Positions 1 through 13,830 are shown, counted from the stretch's first letter. The stretch is 64,000 nucleotides of DNA from Mobula hypostoma (GCF_963921235.1 NC_086100.1:149296001-149360000); one strand, 5' to 3'. The notes: generated by a model not told the origin, from the sequence alone. Numbers and translations are program-made.

Positions 1-361
1 CATCAGCTGTCTTAGTACTGGGCTCTTCCTGATTATATGTGGCTTTGTACCACTGCCCACAAAATCACTTATTTGTATTAAATGTGAAATTATTTAGAGA
101 AGCTGTAGAGAAGGTTTTCTTATAAACTTAGGAAAAACTAGATTTAGCCATTGTAAAATTAGATATCCTTGGGTGATAGATTTAAAAAGGTAGCGGCAAT
201 TAAACCCATTTAAGTGTTTTTATATGTTTTACAAATACAGTCAAAATGTAATTTTGACTTCTGTTATTAAAACCAACTCTCTCTATAATTATAGAGTTCT
301 CTGATGTGATTAAAAAGCATATTGACAACTGTCCTGATTTATTTTTGGACTGTGTCACCTT

Positions 362-1160
362 CAAGAGTTATCAAGAGTGGCAAAAGAGGAGGCCATGGAC
401 CAACATGTCACATCGGGAATAGGGATAGGAATTAAAATGGTTGGCAACTGGGGAATTCCGCTTTTGGCGGATGGAGCAAAGGTGCTTGACAAAGTTTTCC
501 CAGAGTTTATGTGAGGTCTCACCAATGTAGAGGAGGCCACATCAGGAGCACCGGATGCGATCGTTAAACTCAACAGATTCACAGGTGAAGTATTGCCTCA
601 CCTGGAAGGACCGTTTGGGGCCGTGAATAGAGGTAAGGGAGGAGGTGAATGGTCAGGTATAGCATTTCTGTCACTTGCAGAGATATGTGCCAAGAGGGAG
701 ATTAGTGGGGAGGGTGAATAGACAAGGGAATGATGGAGGTAGTGATCTCTGCCAAAAGCAGAGAATGGGGGAAAGGTAAAGATTGTTTGGGTAGTAGGAT
801 CCCGTTGAAGATGGCGGACATTGTGGAAAATGATGTGATGTTTGCAGAAGTTCATGGGATGGTCGGTGAGGACGAGAGAAACTTTATCCCTGTTAAGGAG
901 TTGGGAAGATGGGGTAAGTGTGGATGTTCGGGAAGTGTTGGAACAGTTGGGGAGCATTACCAGGGAAGGCTTAGAGCATGGACTGTTTTACGTCACCAAC
1001 AAAAAGGCAAACCTAGTGGCGGGCCATGCTGCTGCCCAGGGCTACCCGTTGAGTTTGAAGAAATTGGGAGGAGCCGAAGGAGAGATTATTGAGGCAAGGA
1101 CCAGTTCTGTAGACAGAGGAGGGTGGTGGTGGAGGGGAACCGGTTGGGTCTGTTGTTGAG
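362..1160 (-). mobile_element. Penelope-like retroelement fragment (RT C-terminus plus GIY-YIG endonuclease), decayed
   Basis: Minus strand near 370-560 reads CIRCS*CGLLYIGETSHKLWENFVKHLCSIRQKRNSPVANHFNS, a GIY-YIG motif of Penelope-like elements. Shares blocks such as tcacctggaaggac with the copy at 55-57 kb. Confidence 0.8.
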
Positions 1161-1412
1161 AACCATTCCCAGTGTTTCTGCTGGGGATTAAGTACTCCTC
1201 ACAGGCTGCTTTTTGAAGTTATCTCCAATAAAATCAAATGAAATTACTTATAGCTGATGAGAATAAGAGCTGGTTTTGCACTAGACCTGTTATAAATACT
1301 GTGAAACCCTGCTATTTTTCCCATGAGATCTAAGGGACTTTTAAATAACGTGGTAGCCTTTTACCACTGCTTTGCAAGCTATCTTGTCCTAAACACTAAT
1401 TGATGTGTAAAT

Positions 1413-1600
1413 ACAAGAGACTGCAGGTGCTGGAATCTGGAGCAAACAAACAAATTGCTAGAGGAACTCCACTGGTCAGGCAGCATCTGTGGAGGCAGAG
1501 AGATAGTTGACTGATTGTTGCAGGGTCTTGGCCCAAACTATCAACCATCCTCCTGTCTCTACAGATGCTGCCTAGCCAACTGAGTTGCTCTAACAGTCTT
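1413..1600. repeat. Old imperfect fold-back element related to the Penelope terminal repeat
   Basis: ggcagcatctgtggaggcag ... ctgtctctacagatgctgcc form inverted arms; same family as the 62.1 kb hairpin. Confidence 0.65.
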
Positions 1601-1990
1601 TTTTCCCGCTACTACTTGATGCGTATTGTATTTCCTTCAGATTGATATTCAAAATTCAGTTTTATTTTAACCCTTCAAAGGTTATTTGTGTGTGCTTATT
1701 TCAATCTCTAATTAGAACATTGTATAGTATTTTAAAAAACTATTTAAAAACAAAAGTTTGTTTGCTTCCTGTGACTGGTTACCAAGCCACTTTGATGACA
1801 TCACTTCTGGAAACTAGGATTCCTTTTGAGCTGACAAGAATAGGCAAAGGGCAAGTTCTACACATCTTGGGGAATAGTTTCTTGGAGGACTGCACTGTGC
1901 TCTTCTGTTGCTGCAAAACCTAAATTAAAAAAAATTGCATTTTCTTTGCTACCGTACAATTACATGATGATGATTTTTTTTTGCCCTTAG

Positions 1991-2132
1991 TGGAGACCTG
2001 CAGGTTACGGGAAGTGGCCATAGTACCTTTACCACTGCTCAGAAAGCCATTGGAAAAGATAACTTCTGCTTAATTCCTGAAGGCACCAATGGTATTGAGG
2101 AAAGAATGAGCATTATTTGGGAGAAAGCTGTG
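1991..2132 (+). CDS. CRMP1: CRMP1 (dihydropyrimidinase-related protein 1) internal exon
   Basis: cttag|...|gtaagt, 142 nt. Encodes [47 protein letters not shown]; GSGH matches CRMP1. Confidence 0.93.
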
Positions 2133-3113
2133 GTAAGTTATTTTAGTGCAAAATTTGGATGTCGGGAAGGAATATATAGGGATTTTTTTAAACCTCACTG
2201 TCAGAGCAGTAAAATGAAACTGATGGATTCTAAATCAGTGTACTGTTGAAGCATTAAGAGTAGGATATTTAAGTAGAAAGAAGGGGGGCAGGGAAGTAAT
2301 GCTGACACTTTTAATGTATTTTTGTTAACATACTACTGTTCATGTGAAGGCAATTGGCAATCCTTAATTCTTTTCGAGACAATTTACACTCCTCTTTTGT
2401 GCAAACAATCAGGAACAGAAAAGCCTCATACAAGTTGTAGTCTGTTAGAGTTTTGACTATTGCCTGACCTTTCACAAATGTGGCATCTTGTGCGGTTTAG
2501 AAACTGACAAGGTGATGTGTCCATTTATAATTTAGTGGCTGCTAGATCTTCCTGTGTCCAAGTTTATGGTTGTTAGATATATGCATCAGAAAATTAGTGA
2601 GGAGTAGACTTCACAAATTCTTGTACCTACTTCAGATTTCTGATGAACATAATGCAGCCAAATTATCTGCACAGAGCCCAAAGCCATACAAAATATGATT
2701 TTGAGAACAAATCCCAGTGAGCTAAAGACCATCATAACAAGCACACAGCCTTTGCCTCTGCAGATTGGATTCTGTGTTATCAATGGAATCAAGCCTCAGA
2801 AGTGGAATGTAACTCCTTATATTTGCATGTTTAATAGGTATGGTACTAGATGGATTGTTCCCCTTTTGTGACCTGGATAGGAGAATGGGTAAATGATGGA
2901 TTAATTTAATATATATGGGATTGTTACCGGTAGGAAAATAGAAAGAAAAGCAATAAAAAAAATGTGATGGACACTTGAGAGGGAATTCCTTGCGGTTCCC
3001 AGCAAAGAGCAAGGAATTGGACTGGGATTGTTCTGTTTGACAAAATCAGTTTGAATCTGGCTTGATGGTCCACATTCAGTATTACTCTAGACTGAAATTC
3101 TTCTTTTTGTTGA

Positions 3114-3305
<192 letters not shown>

Positions 3306-3589
3306 TGAGATGGAGCAGGAGTAGCTTCATTGAAAACAAATATTATCTAGAAGTTGTCCAGAGCAATTGTTGTTTTGGAGAAAGTTGGTTTCAAGAACTT
3401 GGGAATATTTATTTGAAATATTGGATGGAAGTTTTGGCTCATGATCTATAAGGTAGTGTGCCTCGATCAGCTGAATTTGGATAAATGCGTCAGTAAAATT
3501 TGTTATACTTAAGAATTAAGGTTCTTTTAAAAATAAAAGTGATATTTGATCATCAGCTGATTCTTTTTAAAAATGTATTTCTGTGCCAG

Positions 3590-3769
3590 GCTGTGGAGTA
3601 CAATATTTTTGAGGGTATGGAATGCCGTGGTGCTCCGCTGGTGGTCATTAGTCAAGGGAATATAGTCCTGGAAGATGGGAACCTGTACGTAAATCAGGGA
3701 ACAGGTCGTTTCATCCCCCGCAAACCATTCCCGGAATATATTTACCAGCGTATTAAGATCCGCAACAAG
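3590..3769 (+). CDS. CRMP1: CRMP1 internal exon
   Basis: gccag|...|gtgagg, 180 nt. Encodes [23 protein letters not shown]...YQRIKIRNK; lies within ORF 3500..3832. Confidence 0.93.
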
Positions 3770-6457
3770 GTGAGGAATTATGAAAGTGCATACAATTGTA
3801 TGTCTGTAATATTAATAGATGCAGGAAAATGAAGTTAAGGAACAGTCATTAAATAACTGAATGCGAGACAACTGAAGGATTCGTTGCCTATTAGTTTTCA
3901 GTGCTGGAATGCACAAATGGGATTTTTTCAGTGTGGAGTTATAGGTGTTTTTTTTTGGACTGAAAGAGGTTTTGCAGATGGGTGGTTGGGTTGGGTACTG
4001 TTTGGGGTCATGGTAAGTCATCGATAGTCTGGACAAGTAAGTAAGTAAACACCTAATTCCTATGTGAAGTTTTAGTAAGATAGCAACTAATCTATTATCT
4101 CAATTCCACTTTCCTGTAGAAACCCCATATCCATTTATTTCTTTAAAACCCCAAAACACACTATTTTTATTTTGAATATAGTTAGCAACTGAGCTAACAT
4201 GGCTCTTTTCGGTATAGAATGAAGAAGATTCACTATCTTCTGGGTGAAGAATTTTTCTTCTCATCTCAGGAATAATTGGTTGTTCCCTTACTTAGAATCT
4301 GTGATCTCTGGACAAGTTTACCCAGCCAGGAGTAATGTCATGCCTGTCCTTGCTAATGGCACATCAAGCCCTGTGAGACTCTTGTACATTTCAATAAGAT
4401 CATAAAAGCTACATGAAGTAGGTCCATTCTGCTGAACTCTACTCATAAAACAACACCATCCATATCATCTAATCATCCGTGGCCAACTTAGTTAGGCCAT
4501 ATTAGATATAATGAGTGCTGTTCGCTATGAGTAAAAATGATTAATTTCCACCAGAGATGCTCAGAATTGCAATCTTCAGAAAGAAGAGTGCAGGTGAGAG
4601 TTATACCATGGTGTGAGAAAGGGCATTGTTTTTAATGGGCACAAGAGCATCATTGGCTAAGGAAGGAGTTTGGCTTAGTAGATGATTGCTGCAGAGAGGT
4701 TATGATGAAGGGACTTAAAGGCTACCTGGTTAGAAATGTGAAATTAGAGTGATAAGGGATTTGGAGAAAGCTCCTCCAAGAATGATCATTGAAAGTGGTG
4801 ATTAGAGGAGAAATGAGAGTATGAGTGGAGAGCCAAATACAAAAGGGATCTGTTTTTCTGAACTGTGGTGATAACGTTCAGAGTAGGAAGTCCTTTTGGA
4901 ATTGCAAGTTCAGAAAGTGTCCATAAGTATGAGTGAGAGTTTATGCATGTTAAGTGTTTTAGGGAGGAAATAAGTTACACTTCAGTTTGTTATTTTAGTG
5001 TGATCGATCTGTAGATGTTAATCCTTGTCTTCATAACTATCATGTGTTATGTGTACTACTGTGCTTTACACCCTGGGTCAAAGAAACAGCTCGTTTCTAT
5101 ATACATTATATGGTTATGTATGTTATATACTTGTATATAGTTAAATTATAATAAAACTGACTTGATTGCATCTGAAATCAATGAGGATAAGGAATCTTGC
5201 AAAATGGATTATCAAGAAGAAAAGAGAAACAACATAGATACAAGAATAGGTGGTAATGTTAAATGAGAGGCATGAGGGTGGAACAAGATTGTGGAAAAAG
5301 AGCCAGGGGTAGAAAGGTGAAGGTGGCCCCATGTTTGCAATGGTCTGATGAATGTAAAAAGTAGTCAGGTGGGAAAGGTTCACTGAGAAAAAAGCTATCT
5401 CCCTTCAGCCATGTATTCAACAGGGTTTTATTTTACAAGTGAATGCATGTTCTGAGGCAAATACAAAAAGGGTCAATGACAGCCAGTTTAGTTATAGAAT
5501 CCAAAAGTGCTGCAAGAATGAAAGTATTTGGCAATGTTAATCTGTGAAGGACAGGATCTATAGGGAGAAAAAGGGAGTGCTCCATTTGGGGTTGTCCTTG
5601 TGACAAGGCAGTAAAGAATGTGCCAGTGAATTACTTGGAAAATGTTAAAGGAAGCTTGGAAGGAAAAACTAATGTTCCGAGAGAGATCAGGTACTGGGAT
5701 GGCAGCAGGAAAATGGGAAGGTTGATTTGCTGAAGTCTTCAGGTTTAAAAATATGGATTATCTAAGGACAGAGTAAAGAAGCTTAATGGCAAAAGGAATA
5801 GGAAAACTGGAGAGAGCAAGGTGGAAGCGAGAACTTGTGGTCCAGCAGCAGACAATGCACATTGATAGATACAGGGTATAGCGACGTGGCCATGTGTTAA
5901 ATATTTTTCAGAATATGTGAAAATTGTGGTTAAGTTTAAAGTCAAACATCTATGATGTTGTATGTCCCCAGTGGACTGAGGTTGAGATGAACAAATCCCA
6001 GGTATCTCCGCTGATGAATCTAAAATTCAATAATGAATCAGTTTTATCCCAGCCATCTGAGAGCAAGTTCAATTATTTAAGTAGAACAATAGCTTCTCTT
6101 TGTAAGTTAAATTAGTAATGACTACTTTCTTAGTTACGAGATGAGCATTTGTTCTCAATGATTTTATGTGCATAAAAATTGCAAGATGAGTTCCTGTATC
6201 TACTTTGAAATTGTCTGAATTTTATTTCTTCTCATTCCACCTCCCATAATACACATTTTTGTTTTCGTAGATAGTAATTTCTTGACGCAAAGTTTGAAAC
6301 ATGTATTGCTGTGATTGAGATGTATGTATTAATGATGAGAAACAGTATGTAAATATCTTTCAGGGAAGAGTGTGAATTGTAGGTGAAGTTGTTAATCTCT
6401 CTCTGATCTTTCCTTGGTCCTGTCATTGATATCTACTCATCAATGAACTCCACTAAG

Positions 6458-6623
6458 TCAACGGAATTGCATCCAGTATCTCGAGGGATGTATGATGGTC
6501 CTGTGTATGAACTTCCAGTTACACCCAAGTATGCCACCCCAGCTCCCTCCACCAAGACATCCCCGACGAAGACACATCCCCCACCGGTGCGGAACCTGCA
6601 TCAGTCTGGGTTTAGTCTTTCAG
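6458..6623 (+). CDS. CRMP1: CRMP1 penultimate exon (phospho-regulatory tail)
   Basis: ctaag|...|gtgaga, 166 nt. Encodes [55 protein letters not shown]; [10 protein letters not shown] is CRMP1-type. Confidence 0.9.
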
Positions 6624-7578
6624 GTGAGATGTATTAATGTGAGCAAAAACGAGAAACTCATCTCTGTGTGTGCTTAGGGAAGCAATTATCTCAAGCCACC
6701 GGGAGGAGACTTAAATATCAGTGGATAATTATGCATTTCGTATATATTTTTAAAGCATGTTGTTTCCTTGCCTTCTCAGCTGGTTAGGGAAAACAGAATA
6801 AAACAGATAAAAATTCCCTTGCTGATGTAGACCAGGAGTGACGACTTAATCATGCAGATCCTGCCTAAGTTCAAACCAATTTTTTTAGGTCACCTTATTT
6901 GCATTGTTTGTGAATCTTAATTTAGCAGTGAGTTGAGAAGTTTCTTCATGCAGAGTGTGGTGAATCATAGGAATTCTCCTGCCTATAGTGCTATGGAGAG
7001 AAAACAGTTCCTATACATATATATATTATAATTTCTTATTATTAAAGAAATCAAGGGATACCAGGAAAGGGTGGGAAAATTGGTTGAGGTACAGTAGATG
7101 ATCAGCCATGATCTTGATCAATTTTGTCAAATGCTGCTTCAATTTCTTATTTGGATGTTGGTGTGGTAAATGGAGAGCATCAGTAGTTTGAATGGGAAAA
7201 TGTACATGAGGACGGATAGAAGGATATGTACAATTGAGAGGGTCATAATGAGAGACAAAAATTTGAAAGCTTTCAAATGTCTTATCAACCTGTTTGCAAA
7301 ACAAGTGCTTGCCTATGTAATGCAGAGAGGAGGCAAAATATTTGCTGTCGAGGTCTTGGGTGTCTGGAACTGTTTCCACTGCACTTTGAGGAAAAGGGAC
7401 TTTGAGTATTTTTCTTGCTGAGGTAGATAGATGCTTGATTTATAGGGTGGGGGAAAGGAGGTGGTGAAAGGTTATCTCTGTAAATTGGAACACACAGTTG
7501 TGTCACAGCACATTAGTCTCAATTTTATTAAAACACTGAATATCTTGAGGAGCTGAGTAGTCTGGGCCACATCCTAAG

Positions 7579-9154
7579 TGTAACTCTCGGTTTGGCCAGC
7601 AGCTTAATCTAGGGGATGATAGCCCCTGGCCTGGCCAAACTTAAAAAATCTGGTTTGGGTGGATTCTGCGTGGTGTCCCATGTTACAAATCAGTACCACG
7701 AAATAACAACCAGTACACAATCATCATCAGGTGCCATGCCCAGTTTGAGCTTTGACTGCCATGGCCCACACACTCCTGTTTTGGGTCAAGTGGATCAATT
7801 CATTGGTATTCATTTCCAGTTCTCTGGCTGCTGTCTCCATCATCATTTGACTTTGTCTTCCTCTTGCTTTCTTCCCTTCAATCTTTCCCATAATTACCGT
7901 GCATTCTAACTCCTCTTTCCTAATCACATGTCCAATGAAGTTACATTGCCTTTTCATGATCTCATACATTATTTCTCTTCTTGTGTTTGCTCTGTTCATG
8001 ACATCCTCGTTATTCATTTCATCCATGATATTCTTTGCATCCTCCTCAAAAACCACATCGCTGCTGGTTCAATTCGTTTCCTCGTTACTAGATATTGTCC
8101 AACTTTCTGATCCATATACAGTAACAACTAGATAAATTTAACATTTCAGTGCTCTGAGGCGGGTTGTCATGCCTAGTTTAGTATTCGTCAGTATACTCTT
8201 CATTCTCGTAAAGGTGTCTTTTGCCATCCCTATTCTTCTTTTGATGTCCATGTCGCACCTGCCATCTGATGTCACCCAGCATCCTAAGTATCAAAAGTTC
8301 TGTACTTGTTTTATGTCTTCCCTGTTTATTCTCAGCCTGCAGATAGGATTCTCCTGCTTTTTGAATATCACCATAAATTCCGTCTTTTTTGCAATTGATA
8401 GATAGACCCATTTTTGCACTTTCTTCAACAATTATATCAGTTAAGTTTTGTAGTTCTTCCTCCGTACTTGTAATTAACAGCGTCATCTGCATATCTGAAA
8501 TTATTGATGTTTTTACTGCCAACTTTGATTCCCAAGGTGTCTCTTATTTTTTGTAATACGTATTGTTTCACTGCACACCTTAAGTAAATCAGGGGAGAAA
8601 ACCCACCCTGTCTAACGCCTCTCTTGATTTTCGTAAACTGACTCACTCCTCCATCCATTCTTATAGTGGCAGTTTGTTCCCAGTACAGATTTCTGATTAG
8701 GTGGAGGTCTTTCGAATCTAGATCTTGGGTTATGCAATTAAATAATTCAGCTTTTTAATTCTTAATTTGACTATATGGCTAGTAAAGAAACTAATAAAAG
8801 AAAAGGGCCCATTCTCATGAAACAGTCTAATGCGCAAATGTTGGAGCTCACTGATAAGGCCATTCGTCCACCCTCGACCTCCTCCGATGGTCACTGACCT
8901 TCAGACCCTCACTCCATGTCCACTCTGTCCGACAGTCTACCAACTCTCTCCATTCGTGTCTTCTCTCCTCGTCTCTCCCCGGCAAAAGACTGTGAGAAAC
9001 CCTCTCCCAGAGAAAGAACAACATCCCGCTCATTGACTAACATGCCCTGCTAGTCATAACCCAAACATTGCTGCTACAGAGAAACCATTACCTTAGCAGG
9101 GGAACATTACAGAGAGGCCATTACATTAGCAGTGAAACCTTACAGCGTGTTGCA
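7579..9154. mobile_element. Solo LTR (probably Gypsy) interrupted by an RTE LINE
   Basis: Begins TGTAAC, ends GTTGCA, flanked by a 4-bp duplication TAAG (7575-7578 and 9155-9158). Confidence 0.7.
7720..8724 (-). mobile_element. RTE-clade LINE, 5'-truncated 3' fragment
   Basis: Minus-strand frames give KIKRGVRQG, INNFRYADD and FIGHVIRKEELE..GKIEGKKARGRQ; (TGA)n tail at about 7720. Confidence 0.85.
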
Positions 9155-10519
9155 TAAGTAATTTGTTACAGGGAGCAAAATTTGAGAAGTAAAACTGTTA
9201 GGGAAATTAATTTTTGCTAAGAAAATTCAATTTAAGTTGATCACAAGTAAATTGGACACAGACTTCGAAGGGGCTAGAGAATAACTTTATTCTTGAATAA
9301 GGAAGAGTGAATCACTAACCGTGTGGTCACCAGCCTTTCCAAAAAGCAATAGTCATAGTCTTTTTTTATACATGCTCCTAGAAAGTCGATTACATCAGAC
9401 AAAGTTATAAAAATTCAATCCTGTGTAACTTATGGCAGTCTACAATTTGCAGCCTGTGCTGTCCCGCAGTTTATTTCTACAACTCACAGAGATGGGTTGC
9501 GATTTGTCCTTGAAGCTAAGAAAAAAAAATTGTAAGCATACTGAGAACCCAGTATGGTGAATCTTTAATGAATTTAATGGATTTAAGGATTTAATGAACT
9601 TACTGTAGTATCATAAATAATGTATAAAGGTATAATTTGTTTTGTGTGTTAGTATCTGACATGTGAAGATAAACCAGGACACCCGTTAATGGTCAGAAAA
9701 TTGACAGCCCACAGTCCTTCACACAATTTATGACCTTCACTGTCTTCATCTTGCTTAAGTAACTGTGTTATGCACTGAGGATTGGAGGCTAGCAGTAGGT
9801 AGATGATTTGTTAATTAAACATAGGTGCAGGGCGTTAACAACTCGGATATTTTAGAAGCTCACTGAATGAGTTCTGTACATGGTTACTCAAGATACATAT
9901 TAGCAACAGAAGTCTATGGAGTGGATAGCGCAGCTCTGTATCTGGCTGTGTTCACCCTGTCAGTAAAGATACCTTTGAGGCAGTGATAGCCAGATAATAC
10001 AAATGAGGTTCGTGTAACCATGATGGATATAGCCAATGAGATTCAGTTGACAGAAATGGAACAATGCAAATTGTGAGTATGTGACAAATACATTCAGATA
10101 AAGATCTTGTAGTCAGACAAGGTTAGTAATTACAATGGTCCTTTGTGGTGATGATGTGCAAATGCCATGGGTTCTGCTCTTCAGTCCAACTTCCACTTGG
10201 AGAACTGCTGCAGCATCAAAAAAGCAGGAAGTCTAGGCTGCCAGAGGAGTCCAGCTCTCCCAGGAGTGTTGCTTTTTGGATATCAAATGAAACCCAATTG
10301 CTCTTTTCTCAAGTAGACCTAAAACATTCCATATCAGCGTTTATCCTTGATGTCTTGTGTAATGGTAGTTCCTCAACCAGTGTTTCTAAAGTCGATCATT
10401 TAGCCATGTTTCCTTACAACAATGATACCTCAAAAAGTGCTTCATTTGGGCTGTCTTTTAAGGCAGCATGTAAGTACTTGATTTTTTTCTCCTCTTGCCA
10501 CTGTTTCTGCTCTCCTACT

Positions 10520-10795
10520 ATGGAAGGTTAACTTTCAGGTTGAGTTCTTTGAACGAAATGAGGAAAGAAATGAGGTAGTGTACATGAGTTCTTTGTCCAT
10601 TTGGAAACCTGATGGTGGAGGAGGACAAGCTGTTCCTAAAACATGGAACATTTGCCTTTAGGATCCTGTACCTTCTCCTTGATGGCAGCAATGAGAAGAG
10701 GGCATGTCCTGAGTGATGGGTGTCCTTAATGATTAACGCCGCCTCTGCCTTTTGAAGATGCCCTTTGCTTGGGAGATTAGTGCCCATGATGGGAG
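10520..10795 (-). mobile_element. Rex1/L2-type LINE 3' fragment
   Basis: IIKDTHHSGHALFSLLPSRRRYR motif in ORF 10518..10787. Confidence 0.7.
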
Positions 10796-10984
10796 TTGCA
10801 AGAGTAAAACAGGAGTTGTTCTGAATAGATTACCAATGTAAAGAGACATTATGCCATTTGGGTCCCCGGTAGCAGGCTGATTATTCCCATTTTTTCTCTC
10901 CTCATTTTCATGGATCCATGAAACTTAAATCTTTCCCATATACCCACAGACTTTGTTTTTTTTTCCTGCTGTTAATCTACATGA

Positions 10985-11160
10985 GGCAATTTCCCTTAGC
11001 CAGTTAACCTATCGTCACGTCTTTGGGATTTGCAAGGAATCCAGAGCACCTGCAGAAAATCCACACAGTGGCTGAAAGAACATGCAAATTACTCAGCCGC
11101 GGCACTAGAGGTCAGGATTAGACCCTGGAGCTGTGAGAATGCAGCACCAAATGCTGTACT
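10985..11160 (-). mobile_element. SINE fragment
   Basis: ggaatccagagcacctgcagaaaatccacacag core, also seen near 54380 and, reversed, near 16260 and 52910. Confidence 0.55.
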
Positions 11161-11244
11161 AGGATACTGCCTTTGCTTTCTCTTAATTGCCAAATAAATT
11201 ATGATGATTAACTTTAATGAAACCCTTTGTTTAATGTGTATTAG

Positions 11245-11336
11245 GTGCCCAGTTTGATGACAACGTGCCACGTCGGTCTGGACATCGTATTGTCAATCCG
11301 CCTGGTGGCCGCTCTAACATCACCAGCTTAGGGTGA
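11245..11336 (+). CDS. CRMP1: CRMP1 last coding exon
   Basis: attag| then (G)[29 protein letters not shown]; TGA at 11334-11336. [15 protein letters not shown] is the CRMP1 C-terminus. Confidence 0.93.
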
Positions 11337-12904
11337 CCAAGACTGGAAGGTGGAGCTGCTGGTGGCTGATGCAGGCAGTTTATCTACCGACAAGGTTATT
11401 CGTGTTATTAAAACCAGCTTACTCTGGTATTTCAGCAAAAGAAATGAATCAAAGTGTGTGTCTGTATGTGTGTGGGTGTGTGTTTGTCCTATAGAATGAG
11501 GTGAATTATGTGATGTATTTTTCATTGGAGTTGGGCACCACATGGTTGTGTTTTATGCCACTTAGCATGCTGCTTCCGATAGCATTGCCCTGGATGGTAC
11601 GGTTTAGAGATGCTCTTTGTAATTTAATAAGGATTATTTGCACATTTTAGCTGTAATAGTATGTTAGTGCATGATCCTAAGAGATGCAATTTCTGTTTTG
11701 TGTAATGAATGATGAAAAACTCTTTTGAGAAAAACATTGCCAAGACCTTAGACAGAAGTTTTAGCTAAAATGGTGTGAATTTATGGCACAATATTTTGAA
11801 CTGCCTTGAAAAGTATAATCAGGAATATGAAGACTGAGAAGTTTCTATAAATATACAAAGCATTGCTGTCTAATTTGCTTCAGTAATCTTCAGTCTTTCG
11901 TAGCATAGACATCGATTGAAACACACACTTAAAAGAGATAGTTATAGTTACCTCACAGTGTTACTAGAGAGCAAAATTGACAGAAAAACCTAAATCATTT
12001 TGGAGTTGATGTAGTGATTTTTGGCTTGTAAACATGTTTCATGCTTCTTTGGTTTTCTGTTAAAATTTACCTTGTCATTTTTCATTGCTTCAGAACAACA
12101 AGCTTAAGAATGCGAGTTTGAACAAAATGAAATTGATTTGTTTTATTTGACATGTCAGTGCAAGAAATGCCCCAATGAAGGGTGGCAGCTTCTGGATTTG
12201 AGCTACCTTTCTGTCTTACGTTACTGGGACATCTTTTAAAAAAACTTTTTGATACTGATGCATTCTTTGTATTCATATACATTTGTACTTAATATTTCAA
12301 ACCGAATACTAGTGGTGCGAATCTACACTTGAGCCTAAAGGCTGGTAATAAATGATGCCTCAAAGTTCCACACTTCTGATTTTGGTCATTGCTTTATTAT
12401 CTATCAGCACTTAGGATTGTGGACAATGGGGTTTCATTTTTAGTACTAATGTAAATAGCTAGTTTACTTGCTTTTGTATTCTGACAGAGTTACTCTTACT
12501 CCTTCATGCTGGGAAGGCAAGAACTTATTGTAAGTTAAGTTCTTTCCAAGTGAATTGCCAGTCAATGTATACTGAGGTCCACAACCTTGATGCAAAGCTG
12601 TGGGTTTATCCCATTATTAGTAGATGATAGAATCTTAAATTTACAACTTATTCAAATGGTGCCAAGTTGGTTCTTCTCTAACTATAGGACTTTCAGGTGT
12701 TGACCTTTTAATGTAACTCCAGTACACTATAACAGGCTAATTATAATTTGAAATTAATGGTATTCTGTATTTTTTTAATGTACAGTTATGGTTCTCCATT
12801 GCCATAAAATATTGTCTGGAACTTGCATTCACTTTGTACACACAGTGGTCATTTTATAGGTACCTACTGTACTTCCTAAAGTGGCTACTGAGTGTATGTT
12901 TGTT

Positions 12905-13385
12905 CACGAGAATGATTCCAGGATTGAATGGCTTGTTATATGAAGAGTGTTTGATGGCTCTGGGCCGTATTCACTAGAATTCAGAAAAATGAGGGGTGAC
13001 TTTATTGAAACCTATCAAAAGGTGAAAGGCCTTGATAGAGTGGATGTGGAGAGGATGTTTCCTTTGGTGGGAGAGTCTAAGACCAGAGGACACAGTCTCA
13101 GAATAGAGGGGCGTCCTTTAAGAATGGAAATGAGGAATTTCTTTAGTCAGAGAGTGGTGAATCTGTGGAATTCTTTGCCACAGGCAGCTGTGGATGCCAA
13201 GTCTTAAGCTATATTTAAGGCAGAAGTTGATAGATTCTTGATTAGACATGGCCTGAAAGGATTTGGGGAGAAGGCAGGAGATTGGGCTAAGAGGTAAATT
13301 GGATCAGCCATGATGAAATGGTGAAGCAGACTCGATGGGACAAATTACCTAATTCTGTTCCTATATCTTATGGTCCCATGGTCTA
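12905..13385 (+). mobile_element. CR1 LINE 3' fragment
   Basis: YSLEFRKMRGDFIETY...FFSQRVVNLWNSLP followed by a CR1 3' UTR with tatggtc-type tail. Confidence 0.85.
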
Positions 13386-13387
13386 AG

Positions 13388-13830
13388 TTTCTATATGTTG
13401 TGCTTTAAGAGATGCCTTTTGGCACACCACTGTTGTTATGCATGACTATTTGAGTTACTGTTGCTTTCCTATCAGCTTAAACCAATCTGGCCATTCTCCT
13501 CTGACCTCTCTCATTAGCAAGCATTTTTGCCCATGCCACTGCTGCTCATTTGATGTTTTGTTTTGTTTCTTGCACCATTCTTTGTAAACTCTGTAGAAAC
13601 TATTGTGTGTGAATATCCCAGAAGAACAATAGTTTTTGAGATACGCAAGCCACCTTGTATGATACCACAGTCAAAGTAATTTAAGTTACATCTTTTCCCC
13701 ATTCTGATGTTTGGTCTGAACAATAAATGACTCCCTTGACCATGTCAGCATATGCGTTAAGTTGCTGTTATGATTGGAGATTGGACATTTGCATTAATGA
13801 GCAGGTGTAGCTAATAAAATGGCCGAGGTG
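13388..13830 (-). mobile_element. Tc1 DNA transposon 5' fragment
   Basis: Decayed MGKRCNLNYFDCGII..GLRISKTIVLLGYSHTIVS (Tc1 paired-like HTH); end abuts TA at 13831. Confidence 0.7.

Noticed and set aside
4500-5960. Purine-rich stretch with short ORFs
   Set aside because: No coherent protein; probably an ancient decayed LINE that I cannot classify.
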